A stretch of 64,000 nt of DNA, from positions 25,126,628 through 25,190,627 of the forward strand of contig OZ037767.1 of assembly GCA_964035545.1 (NCBI GenBank), written 5' to 3'. The DNA is from Bugula neritina (lineage: Eukaryota; Animalia; Bryozoa). Position 1 is the first letter of the stretch, and each line of letters opens with the position of its first letter. The notes under the pieces are model-generated. The model had not been told where the DNA came from. It did no database searches and worked only from the letters and a program-made list of their open reading frames with translations. Below are positions 12,601 through 26,100 of this stretch, in pieces. A program made the position numbers and the translations under genes.

Positions 12601-15469
12601 ACTCTATACATGTTCATGTACCAATTTTAATCAAAATATGTAAAGTATTATGCATGGCAATATACAGAAACTACACAAAAATTCCCTGTAGTAATTGCAA
12701 AGAGCCATTGTTTCAAGAGTAAAACAATGAAACTCTATCACAGATTTTCAGAATAAATTATATTATAACTTTACCTGGTTTAAAGCTTTGTAAATATGTG
12801 GCAGTTGTTCTAACGAGACGGCCTTTGTATGGAGACATTGAACTATCACAGCTACACCAACTTTGCACTTTTCATACGACAGATCAGTTTCCAGACGTAG
12901 AAGTTCTGTCAGCATAGTCGCCATACTGTTGGCAAAATCGTCATGGCAACCACTACAGCAGCAGAGAAACTCGTTACCCTTATGATCAAAATAGCTCAAC
13001 TGTGTATTACAGCTGTGGGGCGCTAAAAATAACTTTGGCTGTAGTGAAATCTAAGTTCTAACAGTATCAGAACACTAAACTATGTAAAGATAATTGTTAC
13101 GTCATCAAACCAGCCGTAAAGAGGAAAATTTGAGAGATGAGGAGCTTAGTCTAAATTCTAAGTTCCTAAAATGTATAGTAGATATTATATCGAGATTTTC
13201 AGCAAAAATAATTTCACCAGAAGTTCATCTCAATTCATCTATATAGCAAGCACATAATAAAATAGTTACTGAATAGCGAAAATAAATGGCAGTTACTCCA
13301 CATGTAAAAAGCTTGAGTGATTGGACAGTCACAAAGTAACCTAGGAACAAGACTAAAATATTCTCTACCCACTCAGTAATGCTTTACAGAATATGTTTTT
13401 AGTTACACCATCATGCATTTCATGTGACTTGCTGGGGGATAGAAAAGAGTTCCAGTAAATATTGAATTATTCGTATAGAAATTGTTTGTTTGACACCGCT
13501 AAATATTATTATTAGGGTGTCCAATGCTGTCCTATACAATAGCAGTCTTATATTTAAGAAAAAATAACTTGCATTAAGTTACATAATACAAAAACGTGGT
13601 CCGCAATAAAACTAGTTACCCAGTAGATTCAGCATCCTTGACAGCTTCAGCAGAACCATTGGCTGGTTGCAATAACTCAGCAGCTGCTTCTGGACACGTG
13701 ACTTCCTGTTTAGCTTTTTCTTTCTTCACGTCAGCAGTTAGCGATTGGACTACCTCCTCATAGTTGTTCATCAGCGTGCTCTGGTGGTGTAATATAGTTC
13801 TAGTGGACAGACAACTCATAATATATACAAATCTTTAGATGCTTTCATAACTAACTTTTAATTAGCAATTTCTCATAAGAAGTTATGTTATTTACATAAT
13901 AAAAATCTTTTAAACACAACTGGCTACAAACAAAATTATTAAAACAACTAATAGAAAAATCAATGCTACTCTACTAAAAAATATTCATGAGCTGAAAGAA
14001 ACTTCAATACTTGTAACTCAATTCTTAATTCACTACAATATAGCATCAATATTACACAACAGTTGAAGTACTTCAGTTTATAAGTTTATAATAAAATTTG
14101 CAATTCGTTCAATTCTTATCTTTAAAAAGACTTTCAGAGTAATTATTTTTCTGTTGATAAAACATTACCTATAATGCAGTTCCTAGTCAAAGCATTTATA
14201 CAATTCAAAGATTTTTTAAAAAGTGCCAATTTTTAAAAACAAAATTTGTTTTCTTTTTTGAAAAATATTAAAAGTTTTATGAGAGCAAACACCAATTTAC
14301 TATCAACATCACAATCATAAATATATAATCTAAACCAAAAGGTTGAACATAATCCCACTACCCACTATCATAACGCTAGTAAATTAAAAAAATAACCAGT
14401 TAACCAATTAAATTCAATACGAAAACTATGGTGTTTCATGTTATGTATTCTTAACAACTATAACAGAAAATGTAATGAGCAAAAGTGCGTAGCATGTATT
14501 AAGTTAATAAAATAGTCGCACCTGATGTGATTATCCAGAGGTGACATGTTCTGTTTCTCCAAGTTTGCAATTCCCTTCTTTAGAAACAGCACACAGCTCT
14601 GTCTGTCACTCTGTAAAATACAAAACTAAACTCTAGCTTTTATTTATGTAACAAATGCAGTCAAATTTCATAACACCCATAATGTTTTATGGTTGCTAAG
14701 AAACTCATTTCATGAATATAAAAATAAACAAAGTTTAAATTTAACTTTTTTCTCCTTTCCCTTATTATGCTTGAATATAATGTAATTATCCAATGTCTAT
14801 ACTACAAAGGAAAAATACAGTCATAAGCCATGCAGGGCATAAGATTTTGTACACATGATTTTTGATACATAACAAAACATTTAAAATAACTTATTAAGGT
14901 ATCCTTTAACCTTACATAACAAACATTTAAAATTGTGTTAGCAACAGGCACTCACGTCACTGTAGAGCTCAAGATAATTTGCAGGCACATATCCTATAAA
15001 CCCTTTACTGTTAACAGCCTGCATCCACAGCCCACTGTGATCCCGACACATGCCGCAAAACAGTTCACCCTTAACAGCTGTTAGTGTACCTGGCCGTAAA
15101 GTATACATTCAGAGATAAACGTAAAATTTTTATTTCATAGATAATAATTATTTTTAAAATAGTTTTGAGCTAAGATGCTTTAAAGCAGACTACAAGCACA
15201 ACTTATATTTCTGATGAAATATTATTAGCTCTTGTGCAGTGTGTGTCATTATTCAATTAACTAATATAGTAAATGTCAACAGGCAGCATTTGGTAGTCAA
15301 AATATCACAGTATTCAGGCTAGTAGAATTACTGGAACAAGAAATATACAAGTATGAAAGCAAGTGTACAGCAGAAATAAAATATGAAAAGAACAACTTTT
15401 AACTAACTGCATGAGACAAGACTACCAACCTCTATCAGAACTGGTGAAGGGATGTAATGCTTTAAACAT
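9634..15469 (-). CDS. NCKIPSD: NCK-interacting protein with SH3 domain (SPIN90/WISH/DIP), ~550 aa
   Basis: 11 exons: 15430-15469, 14956-15089, 14522-14610, 13620-13799, 12775-12952, 12257-12424, 11712-11931, 11440-11520, 10630-10839, 10082-10251, 9634-9816. N-terminal SH3 (MFKALHPF...GYVPANYL). Family motifs DFQQRGWYLHDDE, LVQYFQMETR, LLLAFNLHF, LYMNDVKVLIDIIIREITD (SPIN90/Ldb17 armadillo-like region). Confidence 0.92.
12015..12250. repeat. Degenerate tandem repeat (~44-bp higher-order unit) in an NCKIPSD intron
   Basis: ACTACACTAATGTACTGTAATATACACTGGTGTACCGTAAGAAT repeated about 3 times, decaying leftwards. Confidence 0.8.
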
Positions 15470-15829
15470 TTTCACAGTATCAAGGTAGACCACAGTTTAT
15501 CTAAAGAAGTAAGAAATTTTAAAACCATAGCTTCAAAATATTTAATTACACGCAGTTTTAAAAATAATTAGCAACTTTAATTACAATACTGTGGCTGTGT
15601 AGCGCAACAAAACTGTAGTAACTATAGCAACCCCAGAACAATTTTTATACTAACATCAAAGACACATATTTAAAACTATTTCACAGAAAACACCTGCACA
15701 TCAAATCTTCTAACCACTAATTGCAGCCTAAGAGCAGGTGCTACTGAAACTGGTTAACTATTTACTAATAATATTATTAGAATTATTATAGTAAACTATT
15801 AATATTAATCACTTAAATTACACTACAGA

Positions 15830-17300
15830 TTAAAAAAGGAATTTACTAAGTCTAATAGTAATAGTAATACTAATTATTATCCAAAACTAGTGGCTGTGAG
15901 TCAGAGTGAGAGTGTAACTTTACGTTTAAAATTAACAGTAACACCAACAGCAACTATTACTAAGTTTAATGAACTATTATTATTATTAGTATCACTATAA
16001 TTATCATACATAATCATAATCATAATTATAATAGTGATAATCGTGATGGTAATGGTGATTTACTATCACTACGACTATGACTAAGTCAAAGTGACTACAG
16101 TGATTATTATTATGATTATCCATTCCGGCATTCGGCTTCGCTACACTAGCAACTACTACTAGTACTAGCACTAGCACTAGCAGTAGCTGCAAGAATATCA
16201 ATAAGACTAAGACTAAGAGTAAGTGTTTAGGTGAAATGCCACAGATAAATCAAAACACCGATGAGATTGATTTTGAGTAAACGACAACTAATGTTAATAT
16301 GAAGGTCACAATGATGAAATTAATCACAAAACCATAAATTATTATGGAAATAAATAATACGATTGTTATTAGTTATTACTTATTACTATTAGTTATTAGT
16401 ATCCTCAATGGTCTTTTGAAAAGTTAATGTTGTGGCGGTTACAATTTTGGAGATTTTCATAGCTTGAGAGAGTAAATGCGTCAAAAGATTTACGTGACTC
16501 TAGCTGCTCGGCACTTTTACTTTTTTAATCTTGAAATGTGTAAGTATTTGTAGTGAGTCAAACCTTTCTCTTTTTAATTTCCGAATTGCTCTTCCTTCTA
16601 AATTGATGAAAAAAGTACTTGTAGACAGTAGACGTAGTACTAGTAGTACTAGACTACTAGTACTAGTAGATAGTAGTACTAGTTGTGGTAGTAGCAGTAT
16701 ACAGTAGCCTAGTAGCAGTAGTACCAGTTGAGAAGTAGTACAGTCTTAGTACTACTACTAGTAGTAGCAGTAGTACTAGTAGTAGTAGTACTAGTACTAC
16801 TAGTAGTAGTAGGAGTAGTAGTAGGAGTAGTAGTACTGGTACAGTACTAGTAGTAGTAGCAGTAGTAGTAGCAGCAGTAGTAGTACTAGTCAAACATTTT
16901 GTTATTTTTATAGGTTATAGTAGTATAGTAATACTCATACTGATATTGTACGCATGTATTTTAATCAACTCAGTCAACAGAAATACTAATACTAATACTC
17001 AGTAATAGTAATAGGTTTTTAAATGTGGTTGTACAACTAAGGCTAAGCCAGTCATCAATTTCATGTTTACAGGTGCCTTGCTATTACTGTTAGATTTAAT
17101 ATTACTATTACTATTGCTGTATTACTATTAGTAATGCTAATACTAATAGTGTAAGTGTTACTATTATTATTAGTATTACTATTAGTATTAGTATTTCAAT
17201 TTGTAGACTGTAGAGTAATAATAATAGGCCTACTAATACTAATACTACTAGTAACACTTATAGTTGTACTAATTCTGACCTATCTCCGCTTTGTCCTGTC
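15830..17300. promoter_or_regulatory. Inferred bidirectional promoter region NCKIPSD/PGLS flanked by (ACT)/(AGT)/(ATT) low-complexity tracts
   Basis: Head-to-head genes; short CpG-containing core ~16470-16512 (TTACGTGAC); candidate non-coding-exon donor GTAAGT at 16540. Confidence 0.5.
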
Positions 17301-17492
17301 CGGGTAGCAGGACTTATAGTTATACTTATACTAATATTGATTTAGAATGCAAATTTTACTAATTTGCTTTTGCTATTAGATTTCGTATTTAACTTAATCA
17401 TCATGTTTAAGTATTTTTATTTTACTTTTATACTTTAATTGTAGTATTTTACTATTTAGTTTATCCACTTTTAAATTACCATTATAGTTATA

Positions 17493-19988
17493 ATGACTTC
17501 TCAATCACACATGAAAGTCGTTGTAAAAGAAGATGAGGAGAATGTTATTAATTCCTTAAGCAAATTTATTGAAGAACGTGCAGAAAAAGCTGTCAAAGAT
17601 CACGGAAAATTTTATCTAGGAGTTTCTGGTGAGGCGTGTTTGGATTTTTGGTCTATGTTATTCATAGTGAATAATGAGCAAAACAGTAGCATGTTTATAA
17701 CTGGTAATAGGCACAGAATAGAATTTTTTAACTATGCTGAAGCTGAGCCCTAATGAGCAGCATACTTTTTATGAACTGACTTTTAGTTTCTAGAAACTTC
17801 CAATTTAAAAGTTGCACCCTCAGATCTTAAATAATGTCAACATAATAATAAAACAAGTTTTACTTCATTAAATTAATAAGGTGCTCTATTTCTCAACCAA
17901 TAAAAAACTTTGCACTAGCAAATATTTTATATGATAGTACTACATCAGTATATGCATGATTTGTTGTACCAACTTCTATTTCAGTAAAAATGTATTTAAT
18001 GTGTGGAACTATGTTTTTGCTCATCTACATATTATCAAGCAAATTTAAACTATAAATACAAGTATTGTTAGTAAATTTCTGTTGGTGCAAATCTTTATAA
18101 ATTTAATGTGGCAGGAATTAAAAGTTGAAAGTATGCCATTGGCATTTTTCTGTAATTCAATAATATGTTTTAGGTTTTTTCCAAAAGAATTATTTTGGAT
18201 GTATTGTAGGTGGGAGTCTTGCAAAGTTTCTTACAAAGGGTTTGCCTAGTATATCAACAGATTGGAGTAAATGGCTCATATTTTTCTGTGATGAAAGACA
18301 TGTGGATTTTAACAATGAAGACAGTACCTACAAACTGTACAAAGAAAGTCTACTAACAAAAGTCAATCTAAAAGATGAACAAATAATAAAAATTAATCCA
18401 GAGTTATCAGGTATACTGTTAGATTTATTGGCCAATTGCTTGATGTTGCTGATTGTAGAAACAACATTCATATTTAAATTTTCTCTTTGTTTTACAATTT
18501 ATTAGTTGAGTTAAATAAATTGATTTTCCTAAAATATATTACTATGCTTGGACTAAATTCTACATGCTGTCCATGTAGAAGTAGTTAGCATATTGTTGTA
18601 TATCCAAATGTTTGTATATTTGTACATGGTCACTTTACTTTATTTAGTACACACTAGCAAATTGGAACAAAAAAGTAAAATTTGCATAACAATTTATAAA
18701 AGATAATTTTATTCAGTATATAATAAAAAAGTGAAGATACCCACATCAATTAAAGCACAACTGTATTAACCATCACATCACAACTTCTTGTAGTGGATGA
18801 AGCTGCTACAGAATATGCGAAACAGATGAAAGCCATCTTTACTGAATGTGATTGGCCGACATTTGACCTACTTCTTCTAGGCATGGGCCCAGATGGACAC
18901 ACTTGCTCTCTGTTTCCTAACCACCCTTTGCTGGCTGTGAGTATATTTATATTATTATATGTTTAACTTTCAGCAGTGACACACTACGTGAATTCCCTAG
19001 AAATTTATATTTGAGTTTTATTTTGATCTTGTGTGACTAATAAATACTAATTTAGTTTAGTTGCATAGTAGTCTATGCCATATATGAAATCTGTCATATT
19101 CATTGCTATCATTCAACTGTCATAACATGCCTTCAATGCTGTGGTCACCTAAGTTTCTTGTTGCTTTTAAGCACTTCTAATGCATCCTGAAATGTTAGCC
19201 GTATGATATTTAAGCAAGCACTATTATAAAAATTCAAACAAGTGTAATAAACTAATAGTCAATATTGATGTAAAAGTTGTTTTTTAGTATTAAAAGAAAC
19301 TTGGTAAGCGTAAGGCATAGAATGTACACATATTCAAACTGGTGTAATGAGTGCTTTCTGTAGGAAGATTCGGTGTGGGTGGCGCCTATAAAGGATTCTC
19401 CTAAACCTCCACCTTGCAGAATCACTATGACTTTCCCTGTGATCAATAGAGCTCAGCACTCTGCGTTTGCAGCATGTGGAGGGGGGAAGGCGGAGATGCT
19501 GAAGGTGAGAGCTTTTCTGCTCTGACGTAATCCGGTGTCAATATGCAGTCTGCTCTGATTGGCTCTTTTTTATATTGAGTTTGAGTGTTGAGTTAAATTC
19601 AAATTTTGGAGTTGTCATCTCTAAAACTTGTTTTTTCACCTATATGTAGCCGCAGGGTCTCATTTTTCTTTTGCTTGTGTTTATTTCACATGTTTACTTA
19701 TGGTTGACTTAATGAATATTAAGCTTTTCTGGTGTTTCTGCAGTCTTCATCATAATTCAAATAGTTGAAAGTGGTGAATCTGCACTTCTAAACAAATCAG
19801 ATAAAAGACAGTTTAATACATCAGTGTTTAAAAATAAAAAATATGTCATTTAACTCGATGAATGTTTTTTCTAGAGAGTTCTTGAAGGTGATGAGCAGCC
19901 ACCGTTACCTGCTGCCATGGTAAAGTCAGCAACAGTCCATTGGTTTGTAGACAAATCAGCTGCAAGTCTTCTAACCAAGTTCTCATAA
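17493..19988 (+). CDS. PGLS: 6-phosphogluconolactonase, 244 aa
   Basis: Exons 17493-17628, 18210-18410, 18794-18936, 19364-19504, 19875-19988. Motifs [60 protein letters not shown]. Confidence 0.97.
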
Positions 19989-20630
19989 ACTCTCATGGAG
20001 TTGTTAAGTTATTACCAGAACTTCATTACCATCAGGTTTTGTTCCATGTTTTGGATAAACTGCTGTTAGACTAACATTTTTAAGACTCTCGTGACATAAC
20101 AATATTAGGTACTTTATGCTTATATTATATATTTTGTTTTGTTATATAATATGTTTTACAAAAAGAATTTATTCAATTCTAACTCTCAACTATTACAATT
20201 ACTAACACTCTTCCATTATTGTGTATGAAAAAATTTACAAGTGAGATACTAGTATTTCTTACTGTTTTTTATTGAATAATATATTTCCATTTTGTTTAAC
20301 TGGTACAGTTTATACATATGTGTGTCCGGCAAACAATAAATAGCTAGGTTTGTTTCCCCGTAAGTTTAGTTGACACGATTGGCACTAAACAATTGAGACT
20401 ATGTAATTATTCAACCAAACCTAGTAGTTTACAAGTTTTAGTTGTTATAGAGACCAGGTTTAACTAGCAGGTCTCAGTTTCACGAATTTAGCCAGAAACA
20501 GTGAAGCATGAAATATAGTGATATCAAAAGCAAGCATTACTACGACGTCAAGTAAAATGTAATTACGACATACAGTTGAGAAAAAAGCATTCATCAAAAT
20601 ATTTTATTACTGATATTAAAATAATATAAT

Positions 20631-23142
20631 TCAAACTGTCTCTTCAATCATTGAAACAATAATCTGTGGCTTGTTTTTCTGTCTTCTAACATGTAGGTCT
20701 GAACTTGAGCAGTCTATTACCCCAATCTGCTCAGCTTGTGGTTTCTCTTCGGGCAGAACTGAGCTAGTGACTATAGCTTGAGCTCGTTTCCTCCTTACAG
20801 AGAGAATGTATTAAATTATTATAAACACCAACTATAATGAAATCTATAAAATATATCTAGCTTTGTCTTAAAAAGCATGTATTGAAGGTAAAGCTGTATC
20901 GCACCTGTTAGCATAGCTGTTATTCTCCTGATTGGATATCCAGCTGTTCATGTTTAGGTCTGCTGACAGTCTTCTGGGGGACATACTTTTCTTAGCCTCA
21001 AAGAAGCTGCCGTAGTGGCGTTGTGAAGATGGAGTCAGCAGCACACTAGGGGATGACAGGGAAGTTGCTCGAGATTCAATATTTGTAGAGGCTGCTTGGC
21101 TGTGGCTAATGAAAGGTTTATACGTATGCTGAGACCTAAAAACATACTAACAATTACAGTGTCTCTTCAATATAGTAAGATGGACTCAAGATGCTAATAG
21201 TTTTGTAATAATTATAACTATGTTATATACTTATAGAGTCAGTTATAATGCTCCCACTCTGCATTCAGAAATAGGCATTCTGTGATTGAGCTGATCTCTA
21301 ACTACATGATCCTAAAGTCAAGCTTTTAAACATTACAGTAAAACATGGTGATGGTCTTGACTCACAGAACTAGTATGAAGTAATATACAATGCGAATATG
21401 TCTAGAGACATCATAAAGGCTAGAGTGTATTACCAACCTTTTGCACACCCATACCAAAATGGAAATCATGATGGTCACATGAATCACAATAACAGTGAGC
21501 AATACTATCACTGTTGGAAAGTAGCCTACAACAATATAGAGACAAGAATTGAAATACTAATAATAAAGTACTCAAAATTGAAGATTTTTAATAATTGGAA
21601 GAAAATAACAAATAACCTGCAAATATTAGCAGATAAACTTGCAAAGTTAATGTCGAAACTTACAATTGCAGCTAATAGTCCAAAAGCACTATAGCATTGT
21701 TTTGAGTTTATGTAGCAGTCAAACTTTAAGTTTTAATGAGACTAATATATATAAAAAAGTAAAAGTCGAGGGGCCATAACTCCTAATTATAAATCAACAA
21801 TCGGAGACATTGGTAAAGAGTCTAGTCATTTTTATCCACTGTTTTTGTTGTCCATTGTAAAAGAGATTGTAAGCAAATTTATCTGTTATAGACTAGTTTA
21901 ATTGAGAAAATTTAAGATTGCATTAGCTTTGTTGCAAAGAGTGTAGAAAATTAATGTGCTCAACATATATGACAACCATAATCACAGCACTCTTATAGGT
22001 TATGACTGTAAATGTATTACAACATAATGCATGTATATTAGTTATAAAACAGATGATGTACAATATATACTTATTATTTGCACGCTTACTTTGTTCATTA
22101 CTGGGCAGCTTTAACACTGGCAAACACTTGGTGCTCAACTCTGAAACAGACAAGATTTCATATTATATTTACTTATATTTACTATGTTATATTATAATAT
22201 ATAGTATATTCTATATTATATTATGATATATGTGTAGTGTTGAGTTTACCCAGTGGCCTCCGTGGTGTAATGGTAGCACACTTGCTTGCAAGCCAGAGGA
22301 CTCGGTTCGATTCCCAGTGGTGGCAATTATTTTACAATATGGTTGGAACTTTTACATCACACCATGTGTATAATTCACAATGACATATTAATATATACGA
22401 AATACCTGATTGGCTGGTAACCTGCAGCAGAATAAGAGGCTGGCCAATCGGTTGGCGGTAGTTAAGATCAGCAGGACATGGTTCAGCTGTCCGTATTTCA
22501 AAAACCCACAAATCTGATTTGGCCAATTTGACAGACAACACATCAGAGCATTGTGTATACGCAGTTACAGACATGGAGGCTAAAGGAGAAACTGTGTGGA
22601 CTGTGCAGTTATGTGTTGGAGCCGCCGCTTGTACTTTAGCCTGTGCTTCATATGCTATCACCACTACGTTGCGCTCACCAGTGAGCCCCTGCTCTCTTCT
22701 TTTTAGACTCGTTACCTTTACCCGAGGTAGATCTTGATTTGGAAATTGAGTCACATGATTCGGTGGTCTTTCAGTTGCAAAAGTCAGGGAGAGAAGAATA
22801 CACAGTATGTAGAAGAGTGGATCTGAAAGAATGTGTTTGACTAAAGATACTGATACATATATATATATATCATTATATTATTATAAGCTATTACTGAATA
22901 TTGTTTGGTTTTATTTGAACAAACTAATATTCCTAGAGAAAACAGACATCAGGATAGCGAACTCTTTGATTACGATTATACAATAAACTAAATAAAACAT
23001 TATTTCAGTAGTATAGTCAAGTCAGTTAAAAATTTTAGATTTAAAGAAATATTCTGATTCTTTTAGAAATATTCAAATACTTATATTTTAAAGTTGATGC
23101 TAAATTTTTATACTTACAAAAAGAGGGTTGTAACTTTTTCAT
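20631..23142 (-). CDS. Uncharacterised type I single-pass membrane protein (324 aa) with C-terminal PDZ-binding motif
   Basis: Exons 23118-23142, 22406-22822, 22090-22140, 21438-21525, 20905-21135, 20631-20793; all phases match. Signal peptide MKKLQPSFYPLFYILCILLSLTFA, ~140-aa ectodomain with 4 Cys and an NCT sequon, TM VIVLLTVIVIHVTIMISILVWVC followed by KR, Ser-rich tail ending EETV*. Confidence 0.8.
22256..22325 (+). pseudogene. Degenerate tRNA-like sequence (tRNA pseudogene or SINE head), antisense in an intron of the membrane-protein gene
   Basis: A box TGGTGTAATGG (tRNA-Gln-like D arm), B box GGTTCGATTCC, TTTT downstream. Cloverleaf has mismatches in the acceptor, anticodon and T stems and only a 6-nt anticodon loop. 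Confidence 0.6.
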
Positions 23143-26100
23143 CTTGCTTCTAAACCCTTCACATACTTTGTTATAAGTTATAACTACTTTATAACTAAAT
23201 TATAATTATTCTAACATAGCATGGAGGTAGCATGGATGTAGATAGCATGAATGTATGAAATAAAGATGGAAAGACAAGCAATATCAATAGCCAAGTAATT
23301 GTCTATTTTATGAACTTTATTATTGTCAGCATGGCGTGAACTTGTCAAACAGTCAGCTACTGATTGCTTTGTATAATAATTATGTATAGAGTATAATTTG
23401 CAATATCGTATAATGTCTAATCAAACAGGCAATATAATGATGTTTACTCAAATACATGCACGGTCTATATGACCTTATAGTGTATCAATGTTATTTGAAA
23501 GCAAATATTATCTTTACCTCTTTTCTAAACTATATTCAGGAGATGATTAATTATTAAGAGGCTGTTTATAATAACTAAAAGTAATATGATAAAGTATAAT
23601 ATTTCTATATAAATCGAATATAATCAATAGCTATATGAATATGCCATACGGTATAAGAATTTTTTTAAATAACAAAGCAATTAGCAGTTGAAGTTAATAT
23701 GTTTTTAAGATATTTATATTTCTGTATCACCTTTCAGCTACTATGTATAAGCACAGCTTCACCACCTGCAACTATATGCAAAGTTTAGGGTTATCTTCTC
23801 TCTACTGCCCAAATATTAACTTGGCTAGTTTCAATAATACCAATGCTATCAATAAACAAGTGTTTTATTGCACTTGGTTTCAGTATATGAGGTTTACTGC
23901 ATCTTTAGTCTAGACTGAGCACTCTCAGCCTCATGATTAGTATCAGGTGTGACCAGATAATAGCTACCGAATATAGAACTTTTAAATAGAACTTAACATA
24001 AAATATAATGAAGCACTGCTGAAAGGAAAATTATTAAAAGTTAGTGCTGTTTAAAAAATAAGTTTCTAAAACATTTGGCTAATACTGCACGTGTCAATAC
24101 AGCCAACAAACTATATAAGCAGAGTAAAGAATTATATATTGGATATTTACTTATTTTCTATTAATTTACAATAATTGCAGTGCTATCTGCCTAGTATTTA
24201 GTGTTTAACAAGATTTGAAATAAGAAATGCCTTTATACTTAGTGATTATTGTTTGATACAGTTGGAAACACAGTTTGATTAAAAAATTATAGAAGTTTAA
24301 ATGTAGAGTCTGTTGTCTGGCATTGCTATAAAACAGCTGACAAACGTTGTAGTTATTATATATAGGCCTACTGAAGTTATTATTGTTTGTTAAATTATTT
24401 CTCAACTTTATATAATCGGGGGAAACTTTTTGTAGATGGAAATAAAAAAATATCTACGTCCAAAAAAGAAGGCACCATATATAGTGCATATATTAGTAGA
24501 AGTAATTGGTCACGTACTCTAATGAACAAGTTTTGTTAGTGTCTCTTGTAATAAGGCAATTATATTTATATAAATCAATAAGAACACTACTAATTGCTAT
24601 ATATATTTTACACAACTGTGCAAGGAGACACAACTCTAAAAAATCTATCTAAACAAAAAGTTTTAAAATCAGTGGTTAAGATAAAAAGAAATACAAACTA
24701 AATGAGCATTAAGATTAAAGTTGCAACAAAACTTATTTCTGGATTACATACAATCCCTTGATAACTATAAGTTATAACTATTAATGCAAGACTGTAAAAT
24801 ATAATAACCATGCTTGGGCTTTAGCATATCTGACTATATGCAATGTTTTGAATTATCCCACCAACTTGTAAAATGATGCATTATTAATAATTAACCAATC
24901 TAAGTAACGCATCAGTATATAATTTGTATAGCAGTTATAGGCATTAGTTGTAGCTGTCATCTCATGTGTTAATACTACCATTATGTGCAATACCATTATT
25001 TTATATAATATTTTCTGTACAGTTATCGTGTTAGGTTTTTTAATTTTTGGTTCCAATCTAATTTATTGCAAATGTATTTTTATTCTGCTGTTCCTTCTAA
25101 AAGGTCTGGTGCGATTTATTGTTACAGGTCAAGTCCCATCAAATTAGCATAATTTTATTTAACTGCTGCTTCTAAACTGTGTGGCATATTACAGCTCACA
25201 CTCTACCATTTGTTTAACCTGCAACCATCTGCCACAGGACAGTAAACCATATGGCTAGTACAAAGATGTGACTCCAGTACCAAGTTTACTAGTATGAGCT
25301 GTTAGCCGATTACTGAAGCAGATTTTACTGGTATAGTTTATTTTGATAAATACTATATTGAGTTTCTTGTTGTAATGTACAAAAAATAACTCAGCTTTGA
25401 AATCATAGAAATTGAGCTTAGGGTACAACAAACATAGACAGCAAATGCATCAAATTCATACAAATAACAATTATATTAAAACATACATTACACAAAAATT
25501 GATGGTTGATAACCTAAGTAAGAGTCATTTGAGCATGTAATATTTTTTTTCATCATTTGAACACGGCATAATAATATTTTGCTTTTTTATAATCTCCAAG
25601 AGTTGCAACGTTGGTATTTTATTATCTTACTGCTGCAGATTAAGTATGCAGCAAAAAGTTAAAAAGTCCACTAAATAGCCAATTTTAAGTAGTGCACATC
25701 CTGAACTTCGATCATTACAGCAGCTACAAAAAGCAAATATTTGAAAAGAAACAGTGACACAGAACAGTTGATTTCATCACAATTAATGCTACCTTTGTAG
25801 ATGCATATTATATTGTAGCTACGTTTTATAAAATGTCTCTTGTTTTACTCTAGTAGTTGTCCTACCTTTAAAATTTTGAAAGTTTTTACACTGCTTTAGC
25901 TCTAAATTTTAAAATACAATCTATTAATTTGAAAAATGAAATTTTTATATTATATATTTATATTAAGTATAAATTTGTTTACAAAAACTTATGCAAAAAT
26001 TTATTAGGTACACTGATGAAAGATGGGCACTTAACGCGCATATTTCACGCGCAGCTCCTACATGAACGTCATTTCAGTAACCCTGATGAACTCCCGTTGT

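Noticed and set aside
16004-16893. Hydrophobic signal/TM-like ORFs (poly-Leu/Val/Thr)
   Set aside because: Translations of (AGT)/(ACT) microsatellites.
19986-20075. PGLS stop-codon readthrough to a peroxisomal signal
   Set aside because: TAA in a non-readthrough context, and the extension does not end in an SKL-like tripeptide.
21398-21694. 98-aa plus-strand ORF
   Set aside because: Antisense shadow of the membrane protein's TM exon and adjacent intron.
25975-25982. FoxO binding element TTGTTTAC upstream of FoxO (autoregulation)
   Set aside because: The 8-mer occurs several other times in the window, about as expected by chance in AT-rich DNA.
26011-26100. Two CTGATGA motifs as possible hammerheads
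   Set aside because: No stem II plus GAAA arrangement follows either.
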